Origin: Setoptus koraiensis
Lineage: Eukaryota > Animalia > Arthropoda
Length of the DNA stretch: 64,000 nucleotides
Assembly: GCA_048013815.1 (NCBI GenBank)
Contig: CM106585.1
Span: 12,276,001 to 12,340,000, forward strand
Direction of reading: 5' to 3'
A program made the translations under genes and the position numbers. Below, piece after piece: positions 22,844 through 32,256 of this stretch (position 1 is its first letter; every line of letters starts with the position of its first letter). The notes below the pieces were generated by a model that was not told the DNA's origin, did no database searches, and saw only the letters and a list, made by a program, of their open reading frames with translations.

Positions 22844-25800
22844 ATGCAAAACATGCAATTGGCCGTCCCGTCTACGTCACATGGGACTAGACCGACTCAT
22901 CTTATCCGCCTGAATGGAGATAATTACTCAACCTGGCGAATGGTTATGAAGAAGGCTCTCAGCAACCGCAAGTTAGCCAGCGTTGTCTACGATCCCGAAG
23001 ATCCACTTCTCTCAGCTGAAGAAAGATCCGTCAAGGATTCTGAGGCATGGGAATTGCTTATCACGACCATGGACCAAGCTACGATGGACAAGGTCGTAGT
23101 CTGTGAGACGGCCAGAGAAATCTGGGACCGTCTCAAGAACATTTTTGAACAAGAGGGTGACGCTAGTCTCACCAACAATTACATTCAATTTTTCACCATT
23201 ACGATGCATGAATCTGAAGAGGTATCAGATTATATTTCCAAGCTTGAAAAATTGGTCGACAAAATAACTCAACAAGGCGAGACTCTCAGTGACCGGCTAC
23301 AACAAGCAAATCTACTGAGAGGCCTCACGTCAGACTATGATGTCTTTCGCAAAGTCTGGAGTGGCACTGCGGAAAAATCATACAAAATACTTAAAGACCG
23401 ATTGATCCTAGAAGGTACTTCGAACAAAAACCAACAATCGCGTAATAAATCAGGATCAGCATTCTACTCGCGAGAGCAAGATAGGTCGCATGGCAAAGAT
23501 AGACGCCAAGATAATGATAAACGGAAAGAAGTTGTTCGATGCAAATTCTGCAATTATAGAGGCCATACAATTGAGGACTGTCGCAGAAAGAAAGCTCAGC
23601 AAGACAACAACCCTCCACAAAAGACCAACAATTCTCCAAATGCACAAAAGAGCAACCATCAACAATCATCTAATCCAAAGCCTAACGAGAGAGCGCAATC
23701 CCGCTCTAATAACAACTTCGCATTCATGGCCAAAGTTGGCGACCAGTATGCAGGTCCAGATCTGTGGTACGCAGATTCAGGTGCGTCGAAACATATGTGC
23801 AACAACAAAGCTATGTTCAGCACAATAACATACTTCGACACACCGATACAAATCACAATAGGCGATGCAACAACAATTAAGGCGTATGGTTCCGGTCCAG
23901 TAGACATTGAAAGTACGAGTGGTGGAGCAATTTACTCAGTTACACTGACTAATGTTTACTATGTGCCGGAAATTGCGGAAAACTTAATATCCATTTCAGC
24001 TACCACAAGCAAAGGAAAGGTGCGCGTAATATTCGATGAGGACCATGTCCTATTCTTTAGTAAGACAGAACAGCCTGTCCTCATTGCCAGAGGTAACAAA
24101 CTTCCCTCAGGTCTATATCTAATGGAAGCATATGCTCAGAGCGACAGGGCCCTCTTCATGAAGTTCAACCGAACCATCGACGAATGGCACTCCAGTTTGG
24201 CCCATATAAACAAGGCTAGAATCAACCGAGCTATCACAGGAAATTTGGTAGAAAAAGCATCGATCTTAGATAAACGAGAACAAGGTTGCTGCGAGTGTCC
24301 ACAAGGCAAAGGCACCCAGGTTTCTCACCCGGACTCACACCGAGAACTGGCTAAAGAGGTTGGAAATGTGGCACATATGGATCTGGTGGGAAAGACTATT
24401 CCCAGCTTAGGTGGTAGCCAATTTTTTCTTTTAATAACCGATGAGGCTAGTAATTATCGGGTCATTTATCCCATCAAGACAAAGGATCAGGTCCGCGACA
24501 TGCTTCGAGACTATCTTACTATGGTCCGAAACCAAACCGGCAACAGCGTCAAACATGTCTTTTCGGATAACGGTTCGGAATTTGTAAATCAATGGACCAA
24601 AGAGCTATTTGCTGTCGAACAAGTGTTACACCATACGAGTGCACCCAGAACGCCAGAGCAGAATGGACGAGCAGAACGTTCAAACAGAACGGTTATAGAA
24701 GCTACACGCACCATGCTATTATCAAGTGGTCTTCCGAAGGAGTTGTGGGCAGAAGCTGCAGTAGCAGCGGTCTACATTTTGAATCGTATATCGAAGGTCA
24801 GGGACGGGGATACAACACCGTTTGAAATGTGGTTTAGACGCAAGCCTCATATTGCTCACATTCACGTCTTCGGTCAGGAGATACAACTAGTTAATAAGGA
24901 GCGCCCTGAATCAAAATGGGCCTCTAGAACGACTCCTGCCTACCTAGTAGGTTATACTGAGAGAGAAAATACATATAGGTGCTTTATTCCAGGCAAAAGA
25001 GCAATCGCTGTGACTAGCGATGTAATATTCGAAAAACATCCTCCTAAAACTACATGTCATTGTCAAACTACATCTTCCATCGGCCCAACACCGGACTTTC
25101 TTATCATACCGGACAATAAACCAAGAGAGAATACAGCAAATAATCCTATTACTGATGATCCTGGCACAACCGAGAACTCAGAACTCAACGTAGCTCCAAG
25201 TCCTACTGGCAATTTTCAATCAACACCCCTGGTAACAGCAGACAATCGTTCAAGTGACCTTGGAAGAAAGTTACCCACATCGGTGCTATCAGATTACTTT
25301 AATGAACTTCTGAAACATGATGGTCAACATTCCGCAGTCAATCTAGAAGAGAAGGACGAATCAAAGAGTATAACTAGGCCAGAGATCAGTTTACTTACTG
25401 ATCACGAGGCAAACAATACATCAGGGCAAAATAACAATGTTAATACCGATAATACTGGTGCATCTACCTCCAATCAACAAGGTCATCCAGGACGTCTGTC
25501 TAGACTCCTCGGATTGTCGTCAAGTGCTAGAATAAACAATGCGATTGTTACTCCAAGCAGACAGGCAGAGGTTGACCATCAACCATTCAAAGATGGACGC
25601 CTATCTGACCTCAAGCTCACAAAGGGAGGTATGTCAGGAGTATTCAGCCTCATCGCACACATCGAGCCTAAAACATATGATCAGGCGCTGAAGAGTAAGG
25701 AATGCGATAAGTGGCAAACAGCTATTGACGATGAACGGAAATCTTTGGAAGAGAACCAGACCTGGACTGTCGTGAAACTTCCCAAAGACGGCCACGCTCT

Positions 25801-28800
25801 CTCTTCTAGGTGGGTATTTACCAAAAAGATGTTATCGAATGGCGAAGTTGATCGCTATAAAGCACGCCTCGTAGTAAGAGGGTTCACGCAGCGACCTGGC
25901 GTGGACTTTCATGAAACTTTTGCTCCAGTGGTTCATCTCGAGTCGATTAGAATCTTGTTTGCTTTGATCACGCACTATCGGATGGAAATTCTACAATTTG
26001 ATATTGCCACCGCCTTCCTACAAGGAGACTTGGATGAAGATATTTACATTGCTCCACCAAAAGGGATCGACTGCCCAAATAATCACGTGCTCAAGCTCAA
26101 CAAATCAATCTATGGGCTGAAACAAGCTCCTAGATGCTGGAAGAGTAGCTTTGATCGCATCCTATCCAGACTCAACTTCGAGCCCATGATATCTGATCCC
26201 TGTCTTTTTGTAGGAAATATTCTGTCGCATAAGGTACTACTGGCTATCTATGTCGATGATGGTTTAGCTGCTTCTAAGTCACGAGAGGCGCTAGACCATC
26301 TCCTAAAACTACTGTCCACCGAGCTCAAAGTGCGCGAGGTCAAGTCAAATAAATTCGTTGGGATTGAAATCAAGAGATCGGATGATTATTCTGAATTAGT
26401 ACTGCATCAGCAAGCATACATTTATAAAATGCTAGATGAGTTTAATATGATAAGCTGCAAGCCAGATAAGACACCCATTACGGACACAAAGGCATTGCAA
26501 ACACAAGATGCAAATGATAAAGTCACTACTGCACCATATCGCGAGCTTATAGGTAGCCTATTATACGCTGCCTGCCTTACCAGGCCAGATATAAGCTTTT
26601 CCGTAAGTTTCTTATCACGGTTTAGTGAAGCTCCACTCGATAAACACTGGGCTGCTGCCAAGCGCATCTTAAGATACCTCAAAGGCACCGCCCAAATGGG
26701 GATAAAATTCACACACTCAACCCAACTCAACCTGGAGTGCTTTACCGATGCTGATTGGGGAGGTGACTTGACAAGTAGAAAGTCGACCTCTGGAATGATC
26801 TGCTTTCTATCTAACGGTCCAATCAGTTTTAAGTCGAAAAAACAAACAGTGGTGACACAGTCGACTACGGAGGCTGAATATCTTGCCGCCAATCTAGGAG
26901 TAAGAGAAATACTCGGTACAAGAAACATTCTAGATGAACTAGATATACAACCAAACACTACATCACTTAACCTAGACAATCAATCAGCAATACGACTAAT
27001 CAAGAATAGTGAATACCATAATGACACCAAGCATATAAGTATAAAAGCACATTTCATACGAGACCATTATCAACAAGGAATGTTCTCACTTCAATACGTC
27101 TCATCATCCGACCAGAAGGCGGATATATTAACAAAAGCATTAGCACCCAAGACACATACTGCCATGTTAGGCAAACTAAACATGACCCTTATTGCAGTGG
27201 TATGCATCATTACAACACTAATTGCACCAATGGATGGACATGTGTTTGCTGTAGATGATCCTATCATCTGGATGAAGGAGAACGTACACTACATCAGTGG
27301 CCAAATTGACGAACATATAAGAGTTGAACTCATTGATCAATGTCAATATGTATTCAAGAACCTCACCGGATTGAACAATTTGGACAATAAACTAATGCAA
27401 GCCTGCTCGCAAAGATTTAAGCTGGATGTTATAGAAAACTGGAAAAAGATCGCCAGCGACAATACACGAATTGCCAGAGATGGTGGCCTCTCGTTGGCCA
27501 CTGTTGTGGCAGTTACCAGTATATTTACTAGTATTGCAGCAACAATCAAAGTAAAAGACATGGAAAGGGAGGAACGTATTCGCAATGAATTGGTGACGCA
27601 GATGAACGACAATGTCGCCACTATCCAACGTAAGTTGCTACTCTCCAATGAGCGCATATCGACAAAATTAGACAAACTAGAGGACAGAATTGAAAAATTA
27701 GGTCATATAGTTGCAGCGCAACCCCAACTGCAAGACGCCTTGCATCAGGCACTCATAGCTATCCACGAATATAAACTACGCCTACTCCAACTGAAAAGGC
27801 AATTGACAATAAACAGTGAAGTGCCAACTATCCTATTAGAGATTTTCAATCTTACGCACCTCACCAACGAGGCTACCCTGCGCCACTCTAAGATACACAA
27901 GATAGTTATGCGAGACAATCATCTACATATCCAATTAACCTTGCCGAAGATAGATCATCGCGTTACAATCTACAAAGCAAAACCTTTCTTTTACACAGCA
28001 ATCCATGACGACAAGGTATGTACTTTCAGGTATCGCGGACCTGAGTACATGATGCATAATAAAAGTTCAGGTTGTATGCATCCAGTCTCAAATGATGAGA
28101 TTATTAACAGCGCAATTGTTGGTGAAGACTGCACTCATCCACGGTCTTTAAACATAAAAGATTTATTTGTGCCAGAGGACTGTCAAAAGATAACGAAAGA
28201 AACCTTCATGAAGCAGAAAGTCCAAATTAAGCCATATGGAGTTCAGGTCTTTGTCAACTGCCAAGGACATAATATCACTATAGGTAATCTTAACCAAAGG
28301 TGCCCTAATCATGTCTTTACAGTGAATGAAGGGGTAAAATTCATGGTTGGAGATACGCGCTATCAATTCGAGAAGTCCAACACCGACGTAGCACTGAATT
28401 TGCATGACGTATCCGCCCGCATTAATCTCCAGTTAGGCACGTCAAAGCCTATCTTCACTGCACTGGACACAGAAGACATCCAAGACCTTGAAAAAGAGGG
28501 TGCCCAATTAAGGAAAGCTCAACTGAAGCTAAAATTACTAACCAACTCTACAAGCTCTAGTTCCTTCTTTAACTTTGATTTAGGTAGTTTATACAACATA
28601 GGTAGCACCACACACTGGTTGATCACGGTTATTGGATCATACTTGGGTATGCTTGTAGGAGTGTATATCCTATACTTGTTGATCAAGGATAAGTGGAATG
28701 TAAAGCTATCGACAACCATTTTGGCAATAATTGCAATCCTACCACTTGCCATGGCAACGGATCAACAATCACAATTCCTCACTGTCACCCAAACGGCGAC

Positions 28801-29368
28801 CGAGTCGACCCGACAAATTCATCAGCTACAAAATGCAATGCTGGAAAACAAGTGTAACTTGTGGTCGCTCAATGAGAATACTGACTGGTGGCAAAGAGGT
28901 GCAGGGTATTACCCAGTCAGCATAGCCTGTGCGCTGGCCCGCTATAAAATCGAGTGTCCATGCTCTGTTGAAACAGAAATAATTCCCGTCCTACCTCGAT
29001 ATGAAATTCGCTTAATGAGGAACTTCACAGTTCCTCCTACCTGTGCACGCAATCCGACTCAAGAGTTTTCATCCCAGCTTAGACTCTATGAAACTCTAGT
29101 TGAATATCTGTGCATCTCAGCTAGACAGGAGCCAGATGACGCATGGCCAAAGCGAGCTCATGGACAATTGGTAGCATCTGGATGTATGGTCGCAAAAATG
29201 GCATATAATTGCCACTGCCCTGGCAACCATAAAAACATCTACAATGATGTGATCGCCACTACTCTAGAAGCCTTAAGACTTAGAGGCCCAAAACCGGCCA
29301 CCTGCAAAGGGCCGGAACCAGCTCCTGAAAAGTCAAATTCTGTAGTTGATCACTTGTTCACTGCTTGA
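22844..29368 (+). CDS. Single Gag-Pol-Env polyprotein (about 2174 aa from the first ATG)
   Basis: Copia gag; CCHC knuckle CKFCNYRGHTIEDC (23540-23581); protease WYADSGAS (D at 23774); HHCC pre-integrase; integrase D(24380)..D(24566)-x35-E(24674); RT YVDD (26249); RNase H TDADWGG...ADILTKAL (26744-27142); then an env-like region with no stop. Confidence 0.97.
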   Translation: MQNMQLAVPSTSHGTRPTHLIRLNGDNYSTWRMVMKKALSNRKLASVVYDPEDPLLSAEERSVKDSEAWELLITTMDQATMDKVVVCETAREIWDRLKNIFEQEGDASLTNNYIQFFTITMHESEEVSDYISKLEKLVDKITQQGETLSDRLQQANLLRGLTSDYDVFRKVWSGTAEKSYKILKDRLILEGTSNKNQQSRNKSGSAFYSREQDRSHGKDRRQDNDKRKEVVRCKFCNYRGHTIEDCRRKKAQQDNNPPQKTNNSPNAQKSNHQQSSNPKPNERAQSRSNNNFAFMAKVGDQYAGPDLWYADSGASKHMCNNKAMFSTITYFDTPIQITIGDATTIKAYGSGPVDIESTSGGAIYSVTLTNVYYVPEIAENLISISATTSKGKVRVIFDEDHVLFFSKTEQPVLIARGNKLPSGLYLMEAYAQSDRALFMKFNRTIDEWHSSLAHINKARINRAITGNLVEKASILDKREQGCCECPQGKGTQVSHPDSHRELAKEVGNVAHMDLVGKTIPSLGGSQFFLLITDEASNYRVIYPIKTKDQVRDMLRDYLTMVRNQTGNSVKHVFSDNGSEFVNQWTKELFAVEQVLHHTSAPRTPEQNGRAERSNRTVIEATRTMLLSSGLPKELWAEAAVAAVYILNRISKVRDGDTTPFEMWFRRKPHIAHIHVFGQEIQLVNKERPESKWASRTTPAYLVGYTERENTYRCFIPGKRAIAVTSDVIFEKHPPKTTCHCQTTSSIGPTPDFLIIPDNKPRENTANNPITDDPGTTENSELNVAPSPTGNFQSTPLVTADNRSSDLGRKLPTSVLSDYFNELLKHDGQHSAVNLEEKDESKSITRPEISLLTDHEANNTSGQNNNVNTDNTGASTSNQQGHPGRLSRLLGLSSSARINNAIVTPSRQAEVDHQPFKDGRLSDLKLTKGGMSGVFSLIAHIEPKTYDQALKSKECDKWQTAIDDERKSLEENQTWTVVKLPKDGHALSSRWVFTKKMLSNGEVDRYKARLVVRGFTQRPGVDFHETFAPVVHLESIRILFALITHYRMEILQFDIATAFLQGDLDEDIYIAPPKGIDCPNNHVLKLNKSIYGLKQAPRCWKSSFDRILSRLNFEPMISDPCLFVGNILSHKVLLAIYVDDGLAASKSREALDHLLKLLSTELKVREVKSNKFVGIEIKRSDDYSELVLHQQAYIYKMLDEFNMISCKPDKTPITDTKALQTQDANDKVTTAPYRELIGSLLYAACLTRPDISFSVSFLSRFSEAPLDKHWAAAKRILRYLKGTAQMGIKFTHSTQLNLECFTDADWGGDLTSRKSTSGMICFLSNGPISFKSKKQTVVTQSTTEAEYLAANLGVREILGTRNILDELDIQPNTTSLNLDNQSAIRLIKNSEYHNDTKHISIKAHFIRDHYQQGMFSLQYVSSSDQKADILTKALAPKTHTAMLGKLNMTLIAVVCIITTLIAPMDGHVFAVDDPIIWMKENVHYISGQIDEHIRVELIDQCQYVFKNLTGLNNLDNKLMQACSQRFKLDVIENWKKIASDNTRIARDGGLSLATVVAVTSIFTSIAATIKVKDMEREERIRNELVTQMNDNVATIQRKLLLSNERISTKLDKLEDRIEKLGHIVAAQPQLQDALHQALIAIHEYKLRLLQLKRQLTINSEVPTILLEIFNLTHLTNEATLRHSKIHKIVMRDNHLHIQLTLPKIDHRVTIYKAKPFFYTAIHDDKVCTFRYRGPEYMMHNKSSGCMHPVSNDEIINSAIVGEDCTHPRSLNIKDLFVPEDCQKITKETFMKQKVQIKPYGVQVFVNCQGHNITIGNLNQRCPNHVFTVNEGVKFMVGDTRYQFEKSNTDVALNLHDVSARINLQLGTSKPIFTALDTEDIQDLEKEGAQLRKAQLKLKLLTNSTSSSSFFNFDLGSLYNIGSTTHWLITVIGSYLGMLVGVYILYLLIKDKWNVKLSTTILAIIAILPLAMATDQQSQFLTVTQTATESTRQIHQLQNAMLENKCNLWSLNENTDWWQRGAGYYPVSIACALARYKIECPCSVETEIIPVLPRYEIRLMRNFTVPPTCARNPTQEFSSQLRLYETLVEYLCISARQEPDDAWPKRAHGQLVASGCMVAKMAYNCHCPGNHKNIYNDVIATTLEALRLRGPKPATCKGPEPAPEKSNSVVDHLFTA
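27182..29368 (+). CDS. Env-like class I fusion glycoprotein region plus post-TM Cys-repeat domain
   Basis: Signal MTLIAVVCIITTLIAPMDG; RIAR|DGGLSLATVVAVTSIFTSIAATI (27467-27547); heptad repeats; 8 ectodomain Cys; sequons NLT, NLT, NKS, NIT, NST; TM 28616-28684; second hydrophobic segment 28706-28756. Confidence 0.85.
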   Translation: MTLIAVVCIITTLIAPMDGHVFAVDDPIIWMKENVHYISGQIDEHIRVELIDQCQYVFKNLTGLNNLDNKLMQACSQRFKLDVIENWKKIASDNTRIARDGGLSLATVVAVTSIFTSIAATIKVKDMEREERIRNELVTQMNDNVATIQRKLLLSNERISTKLDKLEDRIEKLGHIVAAQPQLQDALHQALIAIHEYKLRLLQLKRQLTINSEVPTILLEIFNLTHLTNEATLRHSKIHKIVMRDNHLHIQLTLPKIDHRVTIYKAKPFFYTAIHDDKVCTFRYRGPEYMMHNKSSGCMHPVSNDEIINSAIVGEDCTHPRSLNIKDLFVPEDCQKITKETFMKQKVQIKPYGVQVFVNCQGHNITIGNLNQRCPNHVFTVNEGVKFMVGDTRYQFEKSNTDVALNLHDVSARINLQLGTSKPIFTALDTEDIQDLEKEGAQLRKAQLKLKLLTNSTSSSSFFNFDLGSLYNIGSTTHWLITVIGSYLGMLVGVYILYLLIKDKWNVKLSTTILAIIAILPLAMATDQQSQFLTVTQTATESTRQIHQLQNAMLENKCNLWSLNENTDWWQRGAGYYPVSIACALARYKIECPCSVETEIIPVLPRYEIRLMRNFTVPPTCARNPTQEFSSQLRLYETLVEYLCISARQEPDDAWPKRAHGQLVASGCMVAKMAYNCHCPGNHKNIYNDVIATTLEALRLRGPKPATCKGPEPAPEKSNSVVDHLFTA

Positions 29369-29377
29369 CCGTTCTCA

Positions 29378-29390
29378 GAGCGAGGGGGAG
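29378..29390 (+). other. Polypurine tract GAGCGAGGGGGAG
   Basis: Directly abuts the 3' LTR. Confidence 0.9.
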
Positions 29391-29587
29391 TGTTGGTGTA
29401 TACGCTCTGTTCGCAATCTGAGCAGGATTCACTTTGTGCCAGCATTATACTTCACTGTGCCATTTTAATAACCAACTGTGCAACTATATATACTAATGCA
29501 CAGTGATCATATATACTTACTTGAACTTATACTTACATTCACATATATTCAATAAAAACTAGCTACACGCTACATAAAACCACAAAA
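29391..29587 (+). repeat. 3' LTR
   Basis: Identical to the 5' LTR except one C>T at a CpG (ACTCGAAC vs ACTTGAAC). Confidence 0.97.
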
Positions 29588-29941
29588 TATGTTGCCTGAA
29601 TATTGATGTTACATTCAATACAAGATATTCATTGACAATATACCGATCGATAGAGCTGTGTGGTGAAAGTGCTATGGGAGCACGTTGCTGATCAATCTAA
29701 ATTCAATTCTCAAGTCGGATCATGCGGTGAGCGCCCGGTAAAATGTGCGCTGTGCCACTCCCCCTGCTCGCAGTGCCCGTTGGACAGTTGTTGCTGCGAG
29801 CATAAGGGCTGTTTTTCCCTCCTTTCGGTCCCTGTTGTGAGAGCGAACGCTCTTTCGTTGCTAGATGGACATGCACCTGAACTCTTTGTGAGAACAAACT
29901 GGAACGGCCGCATCAACAACAACAACAGCATCAACAACAAC

Positions 29942-30739
29942 TTCAGGAATTGTACTTGAGGAAAAACAAGGTGGAAAGTATAGCCGAGATTGCCCACTTA
30001 CAAAATCTGCCCAATCTTAAAAATCTATGGTTCGATGAGAACCCTTGCGTGGCTAACACTTACAATTATAGAAAAGTTGTTCTAAGGGCTCTACCAAATC
30101 TAAAAGTTCTTGACAATGTACCTGTAACTGGCGAAGAATTAAGAGAAATCGAAGAACTGGGTGATGAAATCTATGAAGAGATTTACAGACCAGACGCTTC
30201 AGTTGTTCGTGGTGGTGATGCTAGCGCACAAGAAATCGATTCTTATGATGATGGTAGATATGAAAATGATACAACCAATTACGACCAGGATAATAACATT
30301 AATGCCATTTCACACCAATCCAATGATTCCGGTAGTGATAGCAGTCAATCTAGCTCCACTATACCAACAACAAACAACTATGTTGCACAGACAAACTTTT
30401 GTCACAACACTAATAATAACTCATCTTCGGCTACATTGCCCAATGATATTTCTAGATTGAATATATCAACAACACCCAGTAATAAGAGCCAGTCTAGAAA
30501 TGTAACTAGTCATTCCAATAACAATCTAAGCGTTTCAAGCATTTGCCAGCAAGGTTGGTCACAACAAAATGTCAACAATAACCAAACAACAAATAGCAAC
30601 AATTCTGCCAACAGCATCCATCTTCCAAAAGGAGGCAAAAATCGCAATGCCAATATTTTGTCAGCCGTTTTATGTTTGATCAAAGAATTAGACTATGTTA
30701 GTTGCGAAGTAGTTCAAACAGCCTTACATTGCCGAATTG
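29942..30739 (+). pseudogene. 5'-deleted duplicate of CFAP410/C21orf2 exon 2 (copy of 33580-34377)
   Basis: 798 bp near-identical (one substitution seen, KVL vs KIL); lacks the start exon; stop codon replaced by GPCR sequence. Confidence 0.8.
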
Positions 30740-31735
30740 CATTGATCTACATAAGAAACTGCTGCTATTTCTGGATGTTCAACGAGGCTCTTTACCTACA
30801 CCTTATTCTCCAAATGGCACCTAAAGAACCATCATTCAGGTGTCTATCAGTAGTTGCTTACACTTTGCCATTGTTGATTGTAATTGTGTACACGGTAGCT
30901 AGATCAGTCGTCGATGGTACACCGATAGACTTTTTAATGACACCAATTGTTGATGTCTTCAAGCCGACCACCTCTAAAGTGATAAGTAATTTAAATCCGA
31001 CAGCGTTGCCATCTATAATACAAGTTGGCAATGTAACTTCAGAGCAAGATAGAGGCTTCCAGGACATTCAGGCTCAGGTTTTGCTTGGATAGAGGCCATT
31101 CTAGATTATCCAAACTATGTTCTACTAGCCTTGAATGTTATATTCCTAGTGACACTCTTACGTACCATGTGTGGACTACAAAGAGTTCCTTTGGGCACCT
31201 CGACGCATGATAATACAAAAACTGGTGTTGGTTTTGTTGGTGCCCTTAGAGCAGCTTGCCTTTTGTTTCCATTGTATGGATTTTCGTTCTCAGTCGTTTC
31301 AGCACGTCCAAAATTATCACAGTAAGTACACAATACTTCAATCCGTTCTTGACCATGCTAGAGTCTTGTAATTCCTTACACAGTGTTCTATAATTACTTC
31401 CTCATTACTGATATAACTGTAGAACGTCTTGTGTCATAATGGAAGCCTACTATTACATTTATCTCTCTGTTGATGGTCTACAGGGTGTTGCTGTAGCAAT
31501 TTTGTTTTGCTACGCAACAAAGGAGGTAAGTTGGAGCTATGAAAAATTCTAGGGTTCATTCAAACCAATCAATTCTTTAAACTGTATTAATGATTTGATA
31601 TAATTTGATTTTTTATTCTACTACAAAAAAAAATCCTAGGTGAGACTTGCTTTAACTAATTTGATCATGCGACACAAACGCCAGACTAGAAATAGGGACG
31701 ATAATGTAAACATGACGGAATTGTGTATAACGTGA
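30740..31735 (+). pseudogene. 3' half (TM3-TM7) of a class B (secretin-family, calcitonin/DH31-receptor-like) GPCR gene
   Basis: YFWMFNEALYLH (TM3), WIEAILDYPNYVLLALNVIFL (TM5), LRAACLLFPLYG (TM6), GLQGVAVAILFCYATKE|V (TM7). GT-AG introns at 31322-31422 and 31526-31639; stop at 31733-31735. The TM4-to-TM5 frame switch needs an intron or frameshift. Confidence 0.8.
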
Positions 31736-31756
31736 TGGAAGGAATACTAGATCAGC

Positions 31757-32256
31757 NNNNNNNNNNNNNNNNNNNNNNNNNNNNNNNNNNNNNNNNNNNN
31801 NNNNNNNNNNNNNNNNNNNNNNNNNNNNNNNNNNNNNNNNNNNNNNNNNNNNNNNNNNNNNNNNNNNNNNNNNNNNNNNNNNNNNNNNNNNNNNNNNNNN
31901 NNNNNNNNNNNNNNNNNNNNNNNNNNNNNNNNNNNNNNNNNNNNNNNNNNNNNNNNNNNNNNNNNNNNNNNNNNNNNNNNNNNNNNNNNNNNNNNNNNNN
32001 NNNNNNNNNNNNNNNNNNNNNNNNNNNNNNNNNNNNNNNNNNNNNNNNNNNNNNNNNNNNNNNNNNNNNNNNNNNNNNNNNNNNNNNNNNNNNNNNNNNN
32101 NNNNNNNNNNNNNNNNNNNNNNNNNNNNNNNNNNNNNNNNNNNNNNNNNNNNNNNNNNNNNNNNNNNNNNNNNNNNNNNNNNNNNNNNNNNNNNNNNNNN
32201 NNNNNNNNNNNNNNNNNNNNNNNNNNNNNNNNNNNNNNNNNNNNNNNNNNNNNNNN
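31757..32256. other. Assembly gap (500 N)
   Basis: Run of N. Confidence 1.

Larger units (their letters stand above)
22563..29587 (+). mobile_element. Full-length Ty1/copia LTR retrotransposon carrying an in-frame env-like region
   Basis: Two 197-bp LTRs (196/197 identical), 5-bp TSD TATGT (22558-22562 and 29588-29592), PBS, PPT, domain order PR-IN-RT-RH, intact ORF. Confidence 0.97.

Noticed and set aside
26422-28752. Antisense ORFs within the retroelement (26422-26979, 27343-27675, 28519-28752)
   Set aside because: Typical shadows of a long sense ORF; no motifs
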